A stretch of DNA of 63,579 nt, filler included, from Phoronis australis (Eukaryota; Animalia; Phoronida): the NCBI GenBank assembly GCA_002633005.1. It is 5 parts of 5 records of this genome, joined end to end, with 100 filler letters (N's around TTAATTAATTAA, not from the genome) between each part and the next. Parts side by side here need not be neighbours in the genome. Positions count along the whole stretch, not along the records: positions 49,276 to 60,591 come from NMRA01001703.1; positions 60,692 to 63,579 come from NMRA01003343.1; 3 more parts are not named here. One strand, given 5' to 3'. The translations under genes were made by a program, and so were the position numbers. How positions within the stretch are numbered: the first letter of the stretch is position 1; every line of letters begins with the position of its first letter. Positions 49,276-61,283 of the stretch are shown in pieces. The notes under the pieces are model-generated. The model was not told the origin of the DNA. It made no database searches and saw nothing but the letters and a program-made list of their open reading frames with translations.

Positions 49276-51035
49276 CACGGGTTACTGGTGTCAGCTTATC
49301 GCTTGAAGTCATCATTTAACACCAATAAATCATCAAACTTCGATGTAAAACGCTTAAAAATACACTGAGTTCTTATAAAAACGTGTTGTTTTATTTCGTT
49401 CTTACGGATTTATTGGTATTTGGACACACCGTAGCCTACAAAGTTCGGCCAGCCAATAAGGTCCGTAGCAAGAGTTTGGGGTCTGTTCGGAGATAATTTC
49501 GAAGTATTTTCCGTGAGATACAGACAGGAGAACCTAGATCTGTGTTGTTTAGACTTGTGATTTTTTGAGTTCTAAACACAAAACGCTTGTTATCCTGGCC
49601 AGTGGCTCGGAGCCTCATCAGGCCCGTCGCGGCCAACCGGATCGACTCGTTATCCCGGCGGCCAGTAGCTCGGAAACTGATCAGACATCACGAACATAAA
49701 CCAGCCAAAGTTCAGTGGAAACTAAACTTCCAGTCAAGAAAATACTATACTAGTGAGCCAAAACAATGTGCACCTGATTATGTTGGTGAATTAGCCACGA
49801 AACTGCTAATCTACTTACTCGTTGGGGGCCGCGAATTCAGGTCGTGTTCCGCTTTGGCTACAGCACCGTCAGGGAAGTTGTACATTGACAATCATTATTT
49901 GAGTAATGCAAATGTAAATGAAGATTACCCTAACACCTGGCCGTGGGATGGAAATCGAGTTGTTTCACAACAGTTTCTGCCAGCAAACATTAAATTAGCA
50001 TGAGCTCACAAGGCCTCGGTGTCCCGTCAATTAGTTTTATTGCACCTAAAGCCGCGGTAACGCAGTGATTTATTCATTGCTGGCTTCTCAAATCATTTGC
50101 ACTCACGAACACTCCAAAGGCATTACAAATAGGTAACGCAGTGATTTATTCATTGCTGGCTTCTCAAGATTAGCACTCACGAACACTCCAAAGGCATTAC
50201 AAATTGCATCTAATAAGACAGACTTTGTTTCTGTTTTACAAAAGTATTGGTTAGGGTGAGAATAATTCATTTTGAAAAAGAACGCTCAGTAATAAACGCC
50301 AACATGGCAACTCGCAATCCCGACTTAGGTCGAGGTCATCAGTTCCGCAGGTGGATAGTTAAGTTTTACGGGCTATCAATTCGAATAGGAATACAGTGAT
50401 GAAGAAATACTAGAGAGGCGCCGTGAACAAGCTCAGACAAAGGAACGTATGGAGTTATTTGGTAAGCCGGCATTCGTCAGGCACTGTCGACGTCTGCAGG
50501 CCACAGAAACGGAGATGTTTCACGGCCCCATACTTGCTATTTACAGCGTACATTTCATTCTTCACTAACATGAGCCACTTCCTAAGCATTTCGGACTCTC
50601 GAGGAAGTAAAAAAAAACAATATACCCGCTTTCCTCGCAGCTGCTTAGTTCGGACAAGCGGGAACGATGCACCGCAACATAGCGACTGCAGGCCACAGAC
50701 ACGGAGATGTTTCACGCCGGGCCTCATAATTGCTATTTCGTTCTTCACTACCATGAGCCACTTCCTAAGCATTTCGAACTCTCGAAGAAGTAAAAAAAAA
50801 CGATATACCCCCTTTCCTCGCAGCTGCTTAGTTTGGACAAGCCGGAACGATGCACAGCAACATAGCGACATTCACTCTGCATATGAACCACTGACGTCGC
50901 TAGCGTCGTTTCTCACCTTCCTCACAGATTAACGCTGCACCTCTTGGCAAGGTAAGGTCGACCGTATGCGAGGCGATGTGGATATAGACCGATTAAGATG
51001 GCAAAAAGACTAATTAAATCGGGTGGCATTCTCCT
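49276..51035. mobile_element. Kolobok-like non-autonomous element, copy 1 (left end lost in spacer), with a tandemly duplicated THAP-like stub
   Basis: Right end gggtggcattctcct|TTAA identical to that at 59315-59333; long collinear similarity to 57643-59329; minus-strand ORF 50455-50871 contains two LRKW..HLR.C units. Confidence 0.8.
50056..50204. repeat. 76-bp tandem duplication
   Basis: ggtaacgcagtgatttattcattgctggcttctcaa...gcactcacgaacactccaaaggcattacaaat occurs twice. Confidence 0.9.
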
Positions 51036-51166
51036 TTAAGTCCAGAATATACAATTAAACCACATCAGTGGCAGTTACTGCTGCTGCCACTGGACTGATT
51101 GTGAAAACATAAGCTGGGAACAGTCAAAACGACAAGTAATCCTGCGCCAACAGTGCTTCATCTTAC

Positions 51167-51319
51167 CAGGTCTTCAGTTGTCGTGCACAGTCTTAAGGCA
51201 GCGTTGACCAACTCCTCCGAAGCCCCAGCTACATTCTCAGCCGACTTCAAAACATCACTGTTGAAAGCTGACGACTGGCCACTTTCATACGCTTCGTTTA
51301 TAATAATCAGCTGTGAAAC
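51167..51319 (-). CDS. Vinculin-family protein, coding exon 2
   Basis: Acceptor ttattccag, donor gtaaga, 153 nt, phase 0-0: VSQLIIINEAYESGQSSAFNSDVLKSAENVAGASEELVNAALRLCTTTEDL, matching vinculin ISHLVIMHE...VSNLV...TTED. Confidence 0.85.
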
Positions 51320-53090
51320 CTGGAATAACAATTAGTAACCATTTAAAATCTATCTAAACACTGTCAGATCATACAGCCCATAATCAATCATGTCCAGTAC
51401 CGACAGAGGCAAAAATGTTGGCTCAAAAATACAAATGACGGCATGTTCTGCACTGTCTTGTAAAAACTGACGACCAAAAAACAAAACGCCATTCGACTAA
51501 CATGAGTGACATAGATTTCCATCTCACATTCCACTTTTTCTACTTCGATATAGGAGCGTGCACTCACTTAGGTCGAGTCCAATTTTACACTACTCACACT
51601 CTGGAACGAAGCCGACTTCTAATACTATATATGTAAAGAGCATGTTTGTTTGCATCAAATGGAAGCGCAGAAAATTGATGAACAGGTGCTTGTTGTAATG
51701 CACACTTGTTCCAAGAATACATGTTCTAATATTTACCTTCGCCACCCTCACCACGATGTGCCGCCACTTATGTTGTTATTTTGATTTGATGCAACATTAC
51801 GTCGAGCATGCGCACTGAAGCGCAATCTGGAGTACCCATCGCTAATCGGTGAGTGAACTGTGGAACCTGCGGCATATTGCCTGCATAAGATGGTTCCATA
51901 TGTCTTAATTAATGATGGCTATGTTTTCACTAAATGAATATTAGTTAACAGGATACCAAGCCTAGTTTTGGCCTACTGACAGATACTAAAACAACTTCCA
52001 CCCAGTTCTCTGAAACAAAATAAAGTTCTGTAACTCTTGACAACCCTAAAAAGCCAGGAGATAATGCGTCATTTCTCCTGGCATGCGCAGTGTTAAAAAT
52101 GGCCAGTTGCCGATTTAGGCAAGTGCACAATGAACTACTCGAAAAAAGTTTAATTACAGTATTTATTTGAGTTGGAAGGCATTAAAGACATCGAGGGCTT
52201 CCTACTAGTAAGGGGTCCCTCTATGCACAACACTCAACAGGTACTTATAACTTATGTTTAACGTGACTTTGATGTTTTACTCAGTGTGAGGCATAATTCG
52301 CCGAAAAACATTCCAGCGTATGACGCGCCTATAGGAGCTTCACGGTCTCTAAGGCCAGTAAAGATGGTAGTCACTGTCTAGGCAACACGTAGCCCCTTGG
52401 TTGGCCGCTTAGGGGCTACAATACTTACCCTTGCTTTTTGTACGCATTTCGTTCCATGTATTTTAAACAGGCGGTAGGCCAAATATGGCCACCGATTTTG
52501 AGTTTTCACCTCGTCAAAAATACATTCTACACTAAAAACTATCACTTAGAAATGAGCTTACTTTCTTCAATGATCCTTTCTACTTCTACACATATCTTCA
52601 ATGAAGCATATCTACTAGAATTAAGGTGACTTTGGAGAAGAATTCCAACTCCATTTTTTGGTCAAAGTTTATTTTTTCACCGCGCACGCGATAACCACAA
52701 AATATTTCAACTGAGTCACGCGAGTTAGGCAAAGGCTAGCGCGAGACTGAACGAAGCGCGTGAATTGGCGTGCGACACTTGCAAAATAGCATTGGAAGAT
52801 ATCAGGTGGAATTTATGAGTTTTGTGTCCCTTGGACTTTTTGTTCGTTAACAGAAGTGGCAACTGGTGAGAGAAACTCAAGCGAACCGTGACAGATTTTC
52901 ATGGATATGTTCAAGTTATGTTGACTAAATTGTATTCAGAGTCATGGTATATGTGTTAATTATAACTCCATGTGCATTTATGCATGTTTCATTTGATTTT
53001 AATAGCTTTATTTTGAAATGCGTAACTTGTTATGGGGATGTACTATCGCCCATGCATGCCTGCGGCATCCAGGGCGATGTAATTGCCGGA

Positions 53091-53872
53091 AATTGTTTAC
53101 AATATGACGACATTGACCTACACACATGATTTTGGTATCGTTTGATTCCTCGCAACGTTATCTTTCCCAAAATAAATGAATCTATCCCCTACCACGTTTC
53201 CTCGGAATTTTATCATCGAATTTCGGTTCGCACCATTTCCCAGTTGACACCGCCATGTTAACTCAACTCAAGATTACAGCGATACCTGTTGTTAATGAAT
53301 GAAGCAGCATCATCAATTCTGAATGGTGTTTGCCCGCACGAGATTCCGGCTAAAGTTTTCCTGACATTAGTGACGTAATATGGAGGAACAATTAGCAGCA
53401 TTTCACCTTTTTCGTTTTTTTAGAATTATGACCATTTGACCATTTTTTTCACAAAATTGTCTGAAGTGATACATTTTCACCAATTTGGACCTCAAAAACA
53501 ACCTCTGGTTTTTTCGTGGATTCTTGCTAGCAGATGTGTACCAGAGTCACCATAAGGTTGAATCTGAACCCTTGGGACCGTAACCCGGGCAGGGGACAGA
53601 CGGGTCTCCGTCAATTTGACCTTATGGAAAGCGACTATCTGCAGAAGTCGGTAGAGTAGTTCAGTTTTTGATCGCCGGGTGACTCTTTCCATTCAATACG
53701 GCGGTATTACTACCAAGTACCAGGAAATAGTGCGAGCAGAAAATGCACGATAAAATAGTTAGGGAACGGGGTAGGAGAAAATTCAGTTTATTTCTGGAAA
53801 GAAAACGTTGCAAGGAATCGAACGATACCAAAATCATGTGTGAAAGTCAATGTTGTTATATTATAAACAATT
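53091..53872. mobile_element. Foldback/MITE element with imperfect TIRs of about 125 bp, in intron 1 of the vinculin-like gene
   Basis: aattgttta.aatat.ac.acattgac...cacacatgattttggtatcgtt.gattcct.gcaacgtt and its reverse complement at 53749-53872. Confidence 0.8.
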
Positions 53873-55586
53873 ACCTAATTACCTAGTCACAGTCTACCTT
53901 GCCAAGGTAGACAATCCAATGCCTTTGGCAAAGGTCCTTGACCTTGCAAGTTGAATTGTTCTAGTGCCTAGTGTAGTGACTAGTATACTCCGAAGCCCTA
54001 TAGTCGTCCGCCTAAGCATAAAACCGGCTTGTTGTCTTACTCACCCAATTATTCCACTTCAAAGTTATGATCTGAAAAGGACTTGATTTCACTCTCACAA
54101 ATATATAGTATTCGTTGATTCAAACGTTTTCTTTTACTTAAGCCGAGTTGTTCAACTGTGCATTGGTTTTCGGCAGCCATTTTATAATGACACCTATGGT
54201 CGTCATGTGCTGCCGCCTTTTGAAAGGACAGAAAACCACACAGAAAAAGGCCAAGAAAATAGTGGAAAATGGTTTACAGCAACTCTACTTCAACCACAAA
54301 CTGTTTTACTGGTATGATATCGATTTTTAAATCGATTAAAATTGATTTAGAATTTCAGTTCTGGAAAATAAATCACAATTGTTTTATTCCAGGCAGACCT
54401 TACTTATTTTGTATTTGTGACCTCTTTATTTGACTTTTTGCTCTTGTTGTTCTTAACATCACTTATCTCTGCTGTCCTTCTTNNNNNNNNNNNNNNNNNN
54501 NNNNNNNNNNNNNNNNNNNNNNNNNNNNNNNNNNNNNNNNNNNNNNNNNNNNNNNNNNNNNNNNNNNNNNNNNNNNNNNNNNNNNNNNNNNNNNNNNNNN
54601 NNNNNNNNNNNNNNNNNNNNNNNNNNNNNNNNNNNNNNNNNNNNNNNNNNNNNNNNNNNNNNNNNNNNNNNNNNNNNNNNNNNNNNNNNNNNNNNNNNNN
54701 NNNNNNNNNNNNNNNNNNNNNNNNNNNNNNNNNNNNNNNNNNNNNNNNNNNNNNNNNNNNNNNNNNNNNNNNNNNNNNNNNNNNNNNNNNNNNNNNNNNN
54801 NNNNNNNNNNNNNNNNNNNNNNNNNNNNNNNNNNNNNNNNNNNNNNNNNNNNNNNNNNNNNNNNNNNNNNNNNNNNNNNNNNNNNNNNNNNNNNNNNNNN
54901 NNNNNNNNNNNNNNNNNNNNNNNNNNNNNNNNNNNNNNNNNNNNNNNNNNNNNNNNNNNNNNNNNNNNNNNNNNNNNNNNNNNNNNNNNNNNNNNNNNNN
55001 NNNNNNNNNNNNNNNNNNNNNNNNNNNNNNNNNNNNNNNNNNNNNNNNNNNNNNNNNNNNNNNNNNNNNNNNNNNNNNNNNNNNNNNNNNNNNNNNNNNN
55101 NNNNNNNNNNNNNNNNNNNNNNNCAAATCGGTGCTTAAAATTATGTTCAGGAAATGTGAAGCCTAGAAATTGTAATATTGAGCCTTTTCGGAATACATCT
55201 TTCTACTGTCGATGACTTTTGTTTACGATAGTGTCCTTATACAGTATGAATAACACACCGGTTAAATCGGCCACATAATATGTGTTTATTGTGCATGTAT
55301 GTGCTTCAAGCACGCGGCTATTAAACATCACTTCAGAAACGAAGGCTAAAAATCGTTCACAGTCCGCCATTTTTTCACGGTGTTGTAAAGCTAACCAATG
55401 ACTGCCAAGATTACATCGACCAATGCTAAAGCACGTGCCACTAGGTGATACCTGCGTGCTGGCTGGGCTAAGCACGCAGGGAACCAGCGAGTTGGAGACT
55501 GACGACGAGAGGTAATCGGACTATAGTGGTAATCAGCATCGGTAGAAAAATGTTTAAAATGTTTCACTGGAGAAAGAATTGTTTAC

Positions 55587-55667
55587 CTGTGCAGCAATAG
55601 GTGAAAGGATTTGTTGAATAGTTTTTGTCTGCACCAGGGCAGATAGTAGTCCGTTTGTTGCGTCCAT
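55587..55667 (-). CDS. Vinculin-family protein, coding exon 1
   Basis: aaaATGG start; MDATNGLLSALVQTKTIQQILSPIAAQ|gtaaac, matching vinculin N-terminus [16 protein letters not shown]; phase 0 joins the exon at 51319. Confidence 0.85.
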
Positions 55668-56110
55668 TTTGGCAGAATGGGCTAAACCATTACAAACACT
55701 GAAACAGCTTACACCCGTGTCAAACGGCACACAGCTACAGGAAAACAAAACTTTTGAAAGAGCAATGAAACCCTTGTGCGCATGCACAGGATAAAACGTT
55801 TCCTACCTCCAATACCAAAAATTATTTCAATCAAAATATAATTTTCAGTATAAACATTTTTACCAAGAATATGACTCATGTCCAAATAAAATATAATACC
55901 GAAATCATCTAACTGCAAAAACTCTTTCTTTTTACATTTTTGATATCTCCCTTTTCAAAATAAAGCGTCACGTGACTGCTGTCATGTGACATACAAATAG
56001 ATTGTATTCACAAGTCCTGTCTTGTGACTTGTGAGAAATTGTTATGTGATCAACCTCACGAATTTGTATTCGTGTGTATTTGCTGAGAATGACGATAAAT
56101 ACCAGAGGTC
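55668..56110. promoter_or_regulatory. Putative bidirectional promoter with CLEAR/E-box and NRF1-like motifs
   Basis: Divergent ATGs at 55667 (-) and 56111 (+); GTCACGTGAC 55967-55976, GTCATGTGAC 55981-55990, tgtgcgcatgcaca 55775-55788. Confidence 0.6.
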
Positions 56111-56156
56111 ATGAAGTTAAAGAAGAAGCTTTTACTTTTGTCTCTCATTCATTCAG
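56111..56156 (+). CDS. Cys-rich secreted/membrane protein, coding exon 1 (signal peptide start)
   Basis: MKLKKKLLLLSLIHS-G|gtgaag, phase 1; basic n-region plus hydrophobic core continued in the next exon. Confidence 0.6.
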
Positions 56157-57642
56157 GTGAAGTATTTTTTTATGACTTTTCATTCCCTTAGCTGCTTAGT
56201 AACCTTTAGACCTTAGATTAGAAGTTAGATTCACTCAGTTGAGCTCAGCGTAACCAGGCTTAAAGACATAGTTTCACACCAAAACAACTGCTTTTCAACT
56301 CAAAGAGTAGCATTGCAGGAGCCCGTTACTTGGACTAGTTACTGTCCGCACAGCTTGATTAATTAGATAAGCCCAGCAGTAATGACCTTCTCCGACTTCA
56401 GCCGAGTCAATTCTGAAAACAGACTAGGCGGTTACATAAGCGTCTGTGATGTCGAGTCCGGAAGACAACTGTGTTGTAGGAATGAACTCGGCTGGTAAAC
56501 CGCAGTCACACNNNNNNNNNNNNNNNNNNNNNNNNNNNNNNNNNNNNNNNNNNNNNNNNNNNNNNNNNNNNNNNNNNNNNNNNNNNNNNNNNNNNNNNNN
56601 NNNNNNNNNNNNNNNNNNNNNNNNNNNNNNNNNNNNNNNNNNNNNNNNNNNNNNNNNNNNNNNNNNNNNNNNNNNNNNNNNNNNNNNNNNNNNNNNNNNN
56701 NNNNNNNNNNNNNNNNNNNNNNNNNNNNNNNNNNNNNNNNNNNNNNNNNNNNNNNNNNNNNNNNNNNNNNNNNNNNNNNNNNNNNNNNNNNNNNNNNNNN
56801 NNNNNNNNNNNNNNNNNNNNNNNNNNNNNNNNNNNNNNNNNNNNNNNNNNNNNNNNNNNNNNNNNNNNNNNNNNNNNNNNNNNNNNNNNNNNNNNNNNNN
56901 NNNNNNNNNNNNNNNNNNNNNNNNNNNNNNNNNNNNNNNNNNNNNNNNNNNNNNNNNNNNNNNNNNNNNNNNNNNNNNNNNNNNNNNNNNNNNNNNNNNN
57001 NNNNNNNNNNNNNNNNNNNNNNNNNNNNNNNNNNNNNNNNNNNNNNNNNNNNNNNNNNNNNNNNNNNNNNNNNNNNNNNNNNNNNNNNNNNNNNNNNNNN
57101 NNNNNNNNNNNNNNNNNNNNNNNNNNNNNNNNNNNNNNNNNNNNNNNNNNNNNNNNNNNNNNNNNNNNNNNNNNNNNNNNNNNNNNNNNNNNNNNNNNNN
57201 NNNNNNNNNNNNNNNNNNNNNNNNNNNNNNNNNNNNNNNNNNNNNNNNNNNNNNNNNNNNNNNNNNNNNNNNNNNNNNNNNNNNNNCCATGCGCATATGT
57301 GTCACATTTCAGAGAATTAATTGGCAAAAGTTGCATAATAAACCCATTCTAACAAACAGAAAGCTTCCATTTGTGCCAGATAGTCCCAGTACAAACCTAT
57401 GGACAGACTCGGCAGTGATCGGGTCCGCTTCCGGACGTGACGTGTTTCCGAAGATAGCCGAAGTTGAAAATTTTCTGTTCTCGAAATTTTGTGGGGAAGT
57501 GGGAGCGTGTTTTACACGAATAATTGAAGAATATGGGGCATGAAATAAAAAGAAATGTGGTTTATAAGCAATCTTTATTAACAGTCAGCACATCTGTATA
57601 CATATTAACTACAACTAAATAGCTGTGAATCGACCTTTTTAA

Positions 57643-59329
57643 AGGAGCATGCCACCCAAAAAACTACTTATTTTGTATCAATTTAGATCGAGTAGTTCTG
57701 CTCAGTAACGGCACATTCGGTTGCGTTACCTGACGGCAGACGGAGGTGTTGAAGTTATCCAATTACGCCATTGGTTTCACTCGCAGTCTGTTGAGCAGTT
57801 CACAACATGTCAACATGAACATGGGTTACTTGTGTCAGCTTATCCCTTGAATTCATCGTTTAACACCAATAAATCATCAAACTTCGATGTAAAACCCTTA
57901 AAAATACACCGAGCTCTTTTAAAACTGTGTCGTTTTATTTCGCTGTTACGGATTTATTGGTATTTGGACACAAAGTTCGACAGGTCAATTTACCAAGGTC
58001 CATAGCAGGATTTTGGGGTCTGTTCGGAGATAAATTCGAAGTATTCTTCCGTGGAATACAGACAGGAGAACCTAGATCTGTCTTGTTTAGACTTTTGAAT
58101 TTTTGAGTTCTAAACACACAAAACGCTTGTTATCCCGGCCAGTGGCTCGGAACTCGATCAGAACCGTCGCGGCCGGACTGACTCGTTATCCCGGCCAGTG
58201 GTTCAGAACCCGATCAGGCCCGTCGCAGCCGGACTAAAGACATCACCAACATAAACCAGCCAAAGTTGGAAACTAAACTTCCAGTCAAGAAAATACTATA
58301 CTAGTGAGCCAAGGAAGTAATGTGCATGTGATTATGTTGGTGAATTATAAGCCATGAAACTGCTTAATCTATTTACTCGTCAGGGGCCGCGAATCCAGGT
58401 TGATGACTCTACAGTCACAAGTACATTAAAGCCTCCCGTGGATGCTTACATTGCAATATATGAATGATCTTCTGAAATCCCACAAAGGAAATCAAGGTAA
58501 AAAGTATGGCGCACTTTCAACATCGACATCGCAAATCACATCCGATGCAAACAAGTCGAGATATTTTTGAAATTCATCCTGGTACTGGAATTGTGGATAG
58601 TTAGGCCTATAAAAGATCTTAAACCCAGCCGCAGAGCGTCTAAAACCGCGCACCGTACCAGTGACTGCTGGCAACTCATCGGAGACACAACTTTAACATC
58701 CTTCGCCGCAGAGATAATAACTCTTGGACTGTCTCCGGTGAGTCTATTCTTTCTTGAATGATGAATAAGTGAATAAGTATTGGTTAGGGCGGTAATATTT
58801 CATTTTGAAACAGAACGCAAAGGAACGTTCGCTGGTGGATCGTTAAGTTTCACAGGCTATCAGTTCGAACCGAAATACAGTGATCAAGAAATACTAAAGA
58901 GGCGCCGTGAACCTGCACAGACAACAGAACGTATGGATAGTTCTTTGGTAAGCTGCCATTCATCAGACTCACTGTCGACGACTGCCGGCCACAGACACGG
59001 AGATGTTTCACGGCCTCATACTTGCTATTAACAGCTTACTTTTCATTCTTCACTACCGCAAACCACTTCCTAAGCATTTTGGACTCTCGAGGAAGTCGAA
59101 AAAACGATGTACCCGCTTTCCTCGCAGCTGCATAGTTTGGACAAGCGGAACGATGCACCACAACATAGCGGCTTTCACTCTGCAAATGAACCACTGACGT
59201 CGCTGCGTCGTTTCTCACAGGTTAACGCGACACCTCTCGGCAAGGTAAGGTCGATCATATGCGAGGCGATGTGGATATAGACCGATTGAGACGGTAAAAA
59301 AGACTAATTAAATCGGGTGGCATTCTCCT
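57643..59329. mobile_element. Kolobok-like non-autonomous element, complete copy (1687 bp) with TTAA target duplication
   Basis: TTAA|aggagcatgccaccc ... gggtggcattctcct|TTAA. Minus-strand THAP stub (CPNYAAARKAGTSFFRLPRESKMLRKW..HLRVC); plus-strand stub GYQFEPKYSDQEI. Confidence 0.85.
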
Positions 59330-59668
59330 TTAAGAACCCAGGTGACTACTTTTTATGACAGTCAGACCATTCTCTGCCTTTTTTAGCCTGACTGTTACCT
59401 GGTTATTGTTTGGTGGTAGAGTTTGCCTGACTTTGAATCAACATCTTTGTGCCTTGAAATTCCAAATTCCTACTGTTATTCATTTCATGGAATGGATAAA
59501 AATGCAATGACATCGCTTTGGAAGAGTACTAGTAAATACGTTTGTGAAGAAAGTTGAATTTTTTAATGAAAACATAGTTTATAGTGAAATCAATGAAAGT
59601 CAAGTTATGGTTAATAGTTGCATGGTGCCTTTTTAACATGTTGTTAACATTTGTCTTGCATATTTCAG

Positions 59669-59794
59669 GTTTGCTATTTGCCATCTCTCTAAGCACAAAC
59701 AAGGTACAAGGTAGCTACCTGTCATCTGACAACTGTTCAACGGTCAATATTTCGTTATGTGATACCTGCACAATTGGCCATTATGCAGACTCAG
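59669..59794 (+). CDS. Cys-rich secreted/membrane protein, coding exon 2
   Basis: Acceptor tatttcag, donor G|gtaatt, 126 nt, phase 1-1: GLLFAISLSTNKVQGSYLSSDNCSTVNISLCDTCTIGHYADS. Confidence 0.75.
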
Positions 59795-60177
59795 GTAATT
59801 GTGATATAGAAGGCTTTGATCATAAGTATGTCAGAGTTAGTGAAAAACTCCTTTTTGTGGTCTGACTAATAAGAACGGCTTGTTGTGTGTCATGACTGAA
59901 GCAATTGTCATTATGATGTTTCTCCACTAGATGTCACTGAGCACAGATTAGGGTTGGACAAATGACTCAGATTGTGTGTACATTTTTGTTGGCAATCCAG
60001 TCCTTAAATGTTATAAAGACTAGTCTGATTTTGCTGAAAGAGTCTGGAAGTCTGTGTGTATTACCTCGCACAAAAATACAGATGTTAATTTTGCGTAACG
60101 ATGTACAAAAGCCAAGAATTTTTGGTTCCCCATTACCACATTAGTTTGGTGTGTAATTCATGTTTTGATTTTTTTAG

Positions 60178-60328
60178 CCAAGGAGAGCTGTGCCTGTTGC
60201 TACCATGTGGGAAACAAGTCTGGTGCGTGCTCACCCTTGATCTCTTGTACCCCTTGTCCAACTGGTCATTTCCAGGACAATCCAGGCCAGTCAAGCTGTA
60301 AGGAGTGTGCAGCTGGCTACTTCGCAAA
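60178..60328 (+). CDS. Cys-rich protein, coding exon 3 (ephrin-receptor-like / GCC2-GCC3 repeat)
   Basis: Acceptor ttttttag, donor gtaaac: AKESCACCYHVGNKSGACSPLISCTPCPTGHFQDNPGQSSCKECAAGYFA, containing the C-x2-C-P-x-G-x-F-Q...GQ-x2-C-x2-C-x2-G-Y-F pattern. Confidence 0.8.
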
Positions 60329-60591
60329 GTAAACATAAAATTATTCACTTTCACTCCAAAGACTTTGTTACTTTTGTGGTTTTTTTTGTATAACGTGGAA
60401 AATATATCCGAAACTAAGAGAGGCGATCCAGATCCTCTAAAGGATACACTTGTGTATCGAAAAGTAGAATGAAAATACATAAAACAACAATAATGGATCA
60501 CTGAAATGTTCGGATATAATATCCTTCGTCAACAGAAACAGAAATAATAGTAAAATCAAACACTCATATGACAATTGACATCTGATATGTG

Positions 60592-60691
60592 NNNNNNNNN
60601 NNNNNNNNNNNNNNNNNNNNNNNNNNNNNNNNNNNTTAATTAATTAANNNNNNNNNNNNNNNNNNNNNNNNNNNNNNNNNNNNNNNNNNNN
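60592..60691. other. Artificial assembly spacer
   Basis: N44-TTAATTAATTAA-N44. Confidence 0.95.
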
Positions 60692-61096
60692 TCTTTAACC
60701 TGACGTGGCATTGTATGCACGAAGAAGGGTCTCAAATAACAATGATCAGTTCTTACCAAGCTATTCACTTCTAAATTGAGAAAAGAACAATTTGACATTA
60801 GTCTGATAATTGTTGGTATCAAAAATCAAAATTGTATCTGTTTTTGGAAGAAGGCAATTCATACCTAAGCTGATGCAAACTGTTATAAATGGACACTACG
60901 CCCCTGCTTTGGTCATTTGACCAAAACTTGCTTCTTGTCAGCTACTTTTGTAAAATTGATATTTCCGTGGAATGAAAGACACATTGTTCAGCTAAAACAT
61001 TGTTCTCATTGTCATTAAGTGGATTCGGGGTGTTTTTTTTCATTTTCCTACTATTAAAAGCATGAAACTTTTGGGACATCCAGTTGAAGTAGCAAT

Positions 61097-61230
61097 ATGC
61101 AGAAAAATTACCGTGCTGGAATTTGCTTACTTGAGTTAGCGACGTTGCATCTAAAATCGGTGAGACGGACGCAACATCGCTAACTGAAGTAACTAAATTC
61201 CAGCACGGTAATTGACCATTTTTTCTGCAT
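61097..61230. repeat. Hairpin MITE with arms of about 55 bp
   Basis: atgcagaaaaattaccgtgctggaattt..ttactt.agttagcga.gttgc and its reverse complement. Confidence 0.8.
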
Positions 61231-61283
61231 TTCCATCAATTTGCCAGAAACGTTAGTCATACTTTCCAATATAGGATTTTGTA

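Noticed and set aside
49596-49625. Hammerhead ribozyme (minus strand ctgatgaggctccgagcc)
   Set aside because: Stem II is not followed by GAAA; it is part of an internal transposon repeat. A similar near-miss at about 8170-8200 also lacks the core.
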